Of a DNA stretch of 24,000 nt, positions 23,590-24,000 are shown piece by piece. Source of the DNA: Acetobacterium bakii (lineage in GTDB: Bacteria > Bacillota > Clostridia > Eubacteriales > Eubacteriaceae); contig NZ_LGYO01000001.1 in assembly GCF_001263355.1 (NCBI RefSeq), positions 6,340 to 30,339 of the forward strand, in the 5' to 3' direction. Numbering within the stretch: position 1 is the first letter of the stretch; every line of letters begins with the position of its first letter. The notes beneath the pieces were generated by a model. That model saw only the letters and a list, made by a program, of their open reading frames with translations, was not told the origin of the DNA and did not search any database. The position numbers and the translations under genes were made by a program.

Positions 23590-24000
23590 ATGTCACTATT
23601 AAATGAGATCAGCGAAGCTGTGATCGCTGGAAATGTAGAAGGTACAAGAGAAAAAGTTAAACTTGCTGTACAGCAAGAGGTCAATGCATCAAGCATTTTG
23701 AATGATGGTTTGATGGTCGGTATTAATGAAATTGGAGTGCGATTTGGTGCCGGTAAAATTTTCGTACCAACGGTTCTAATGGCTGCAAAAGCTATGCATG
23801 AAGGTGTAGAGGTGATTAAGCCCTTACTGGAAAGTGATGGTCCAACAACGGTTGGAAAAGCGATTGTCGGTACAGTCAAAGGAGATTTACACGACATTGG
23901 CAAGAAGCTGGTTGTTCTGATGATGCGAAGTGTGAACATCGACGTCATTGATATGGGCTCAAACGTTACTGCAGAACAGTTTATTGAGGGAATTAAAGAA
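23590..24000 (+). CDS. Second cobalamin-binding corrinoid protein (5' partial; runs off the window end)
   Basis: ATG at 23590 with SD 'agaggagga' upstream. The frame is open to position 24000 (137 codons) and is absent from the ORF track because no stop falls inside the window. My translation is 'MSLLNEISEAVIAGNVEGTREKVKLAV...GKIFVPTVLMAAKAMHEGVEVIKPLL...GTVKGDLHDIGKKLVVLMM', with a DxHxxG motif. The listed - strand ORF 23574-23948 is its antisense shadow. Confidence 0.85.
   Translation, partial: MSLLNEISEAVIAGNVEGTREKVKLAVQQEVNASSILNDGLMVGINEIGVRFGAGKIFVPTVLMAAKAMHEGVEVIKPLLESDGPTTVGKAIVGTVKGDLHDIGKKLVVLMMRSVNIDVIDMGSNVTAEQFIEGIKE

Noticed and set aside
23574-23948. 124-aa minus-strand ORF at the window end (similar antisense ORFs include 1072-1605, 556-885, 2410-2811, 8368-8706, 17925-18272 and 19325-19570)
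   Set aside because: These are antisense shadow ORFs lying wholly inside strongly supported genes on the other strand. They lack SD sequences and recognisable motifs.
1-24000. Scan for CRISPR arrays, tRNA/rRNA genes, transposases/integrases, long direct repeats and prophage or defence-island signatures
   Set aside because: I found no regularly spaced repeats, no cloverleaf-like GC-rich ~75-nt islands, no recombinase-like ORFs and no abrupt compositional island apart from the OLE-like RNA. The window reads as core chromosome plus a metabolic accessory module.

Overview
The window looks like chromosomal DNA from a low-GC anaerobic Firmicute. The corrinoid-methyltransferase genes at the 3' end suggest a clostridial or acetogen-like organism, but that is an inference only. 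Positions 1-16.8 kb are one co-directional block of housekeeping genes: a radical-SAM/SPASM maturase, rho, rpmE, prmC, efp, an acidic zinc-ribbon protein, asp23, nusB, a tsaD-like gene, xseA, xseB, ispA, then a ~700-nt ORF-free GC-enriched gap, a small membrane protein, tlyA, nadK, argR, recN, pduL and lgt.

The main call is that gap (about 10155-10770). Its flanks (xseAB-ispA upstream; a small multi-TM protein, tlyA, nadK, argR and recN downstream) match the published neighbourhood of OLE (ornate, large, extremophilic) RNA and its partner OapA. I therefore call it an OLE ribonucleoprotein locus. It appears to have its own promoter, and it lacks the dxs gene found in the reference locus.

Other points worth a second look:
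- Rho carries two tandem copies of its cold-shock-like RNA-binding domain.
- A nested ~125-nt RNA structure lies upstream of nusB.
- A consensus promoter and a terminator bracket ~145 nt of non-coding DNA, a candidate sRNA.
- The radical-SAM maturase has a RiPP-type N-terminal extension but no precursor peptide is visible in the window.

Positions 17.2-24 kb are accessory metabolism. They hold a MocA/YqeB molybdenum-cofactor maturation pair and a corrinoid methyltransferase support module: a reductive activator, a MetH-activation-domain-like protein and a PocR/AraC regulator, divergent from two tandem corrinoid proteins, the second truncated by the window end.

I saw no tRNA or rRNA genes, CRISPR arrays, transposases or integrases. 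All family assignments rest on motifs read by eye and on remembered synteny. No searches or folding programs were run.
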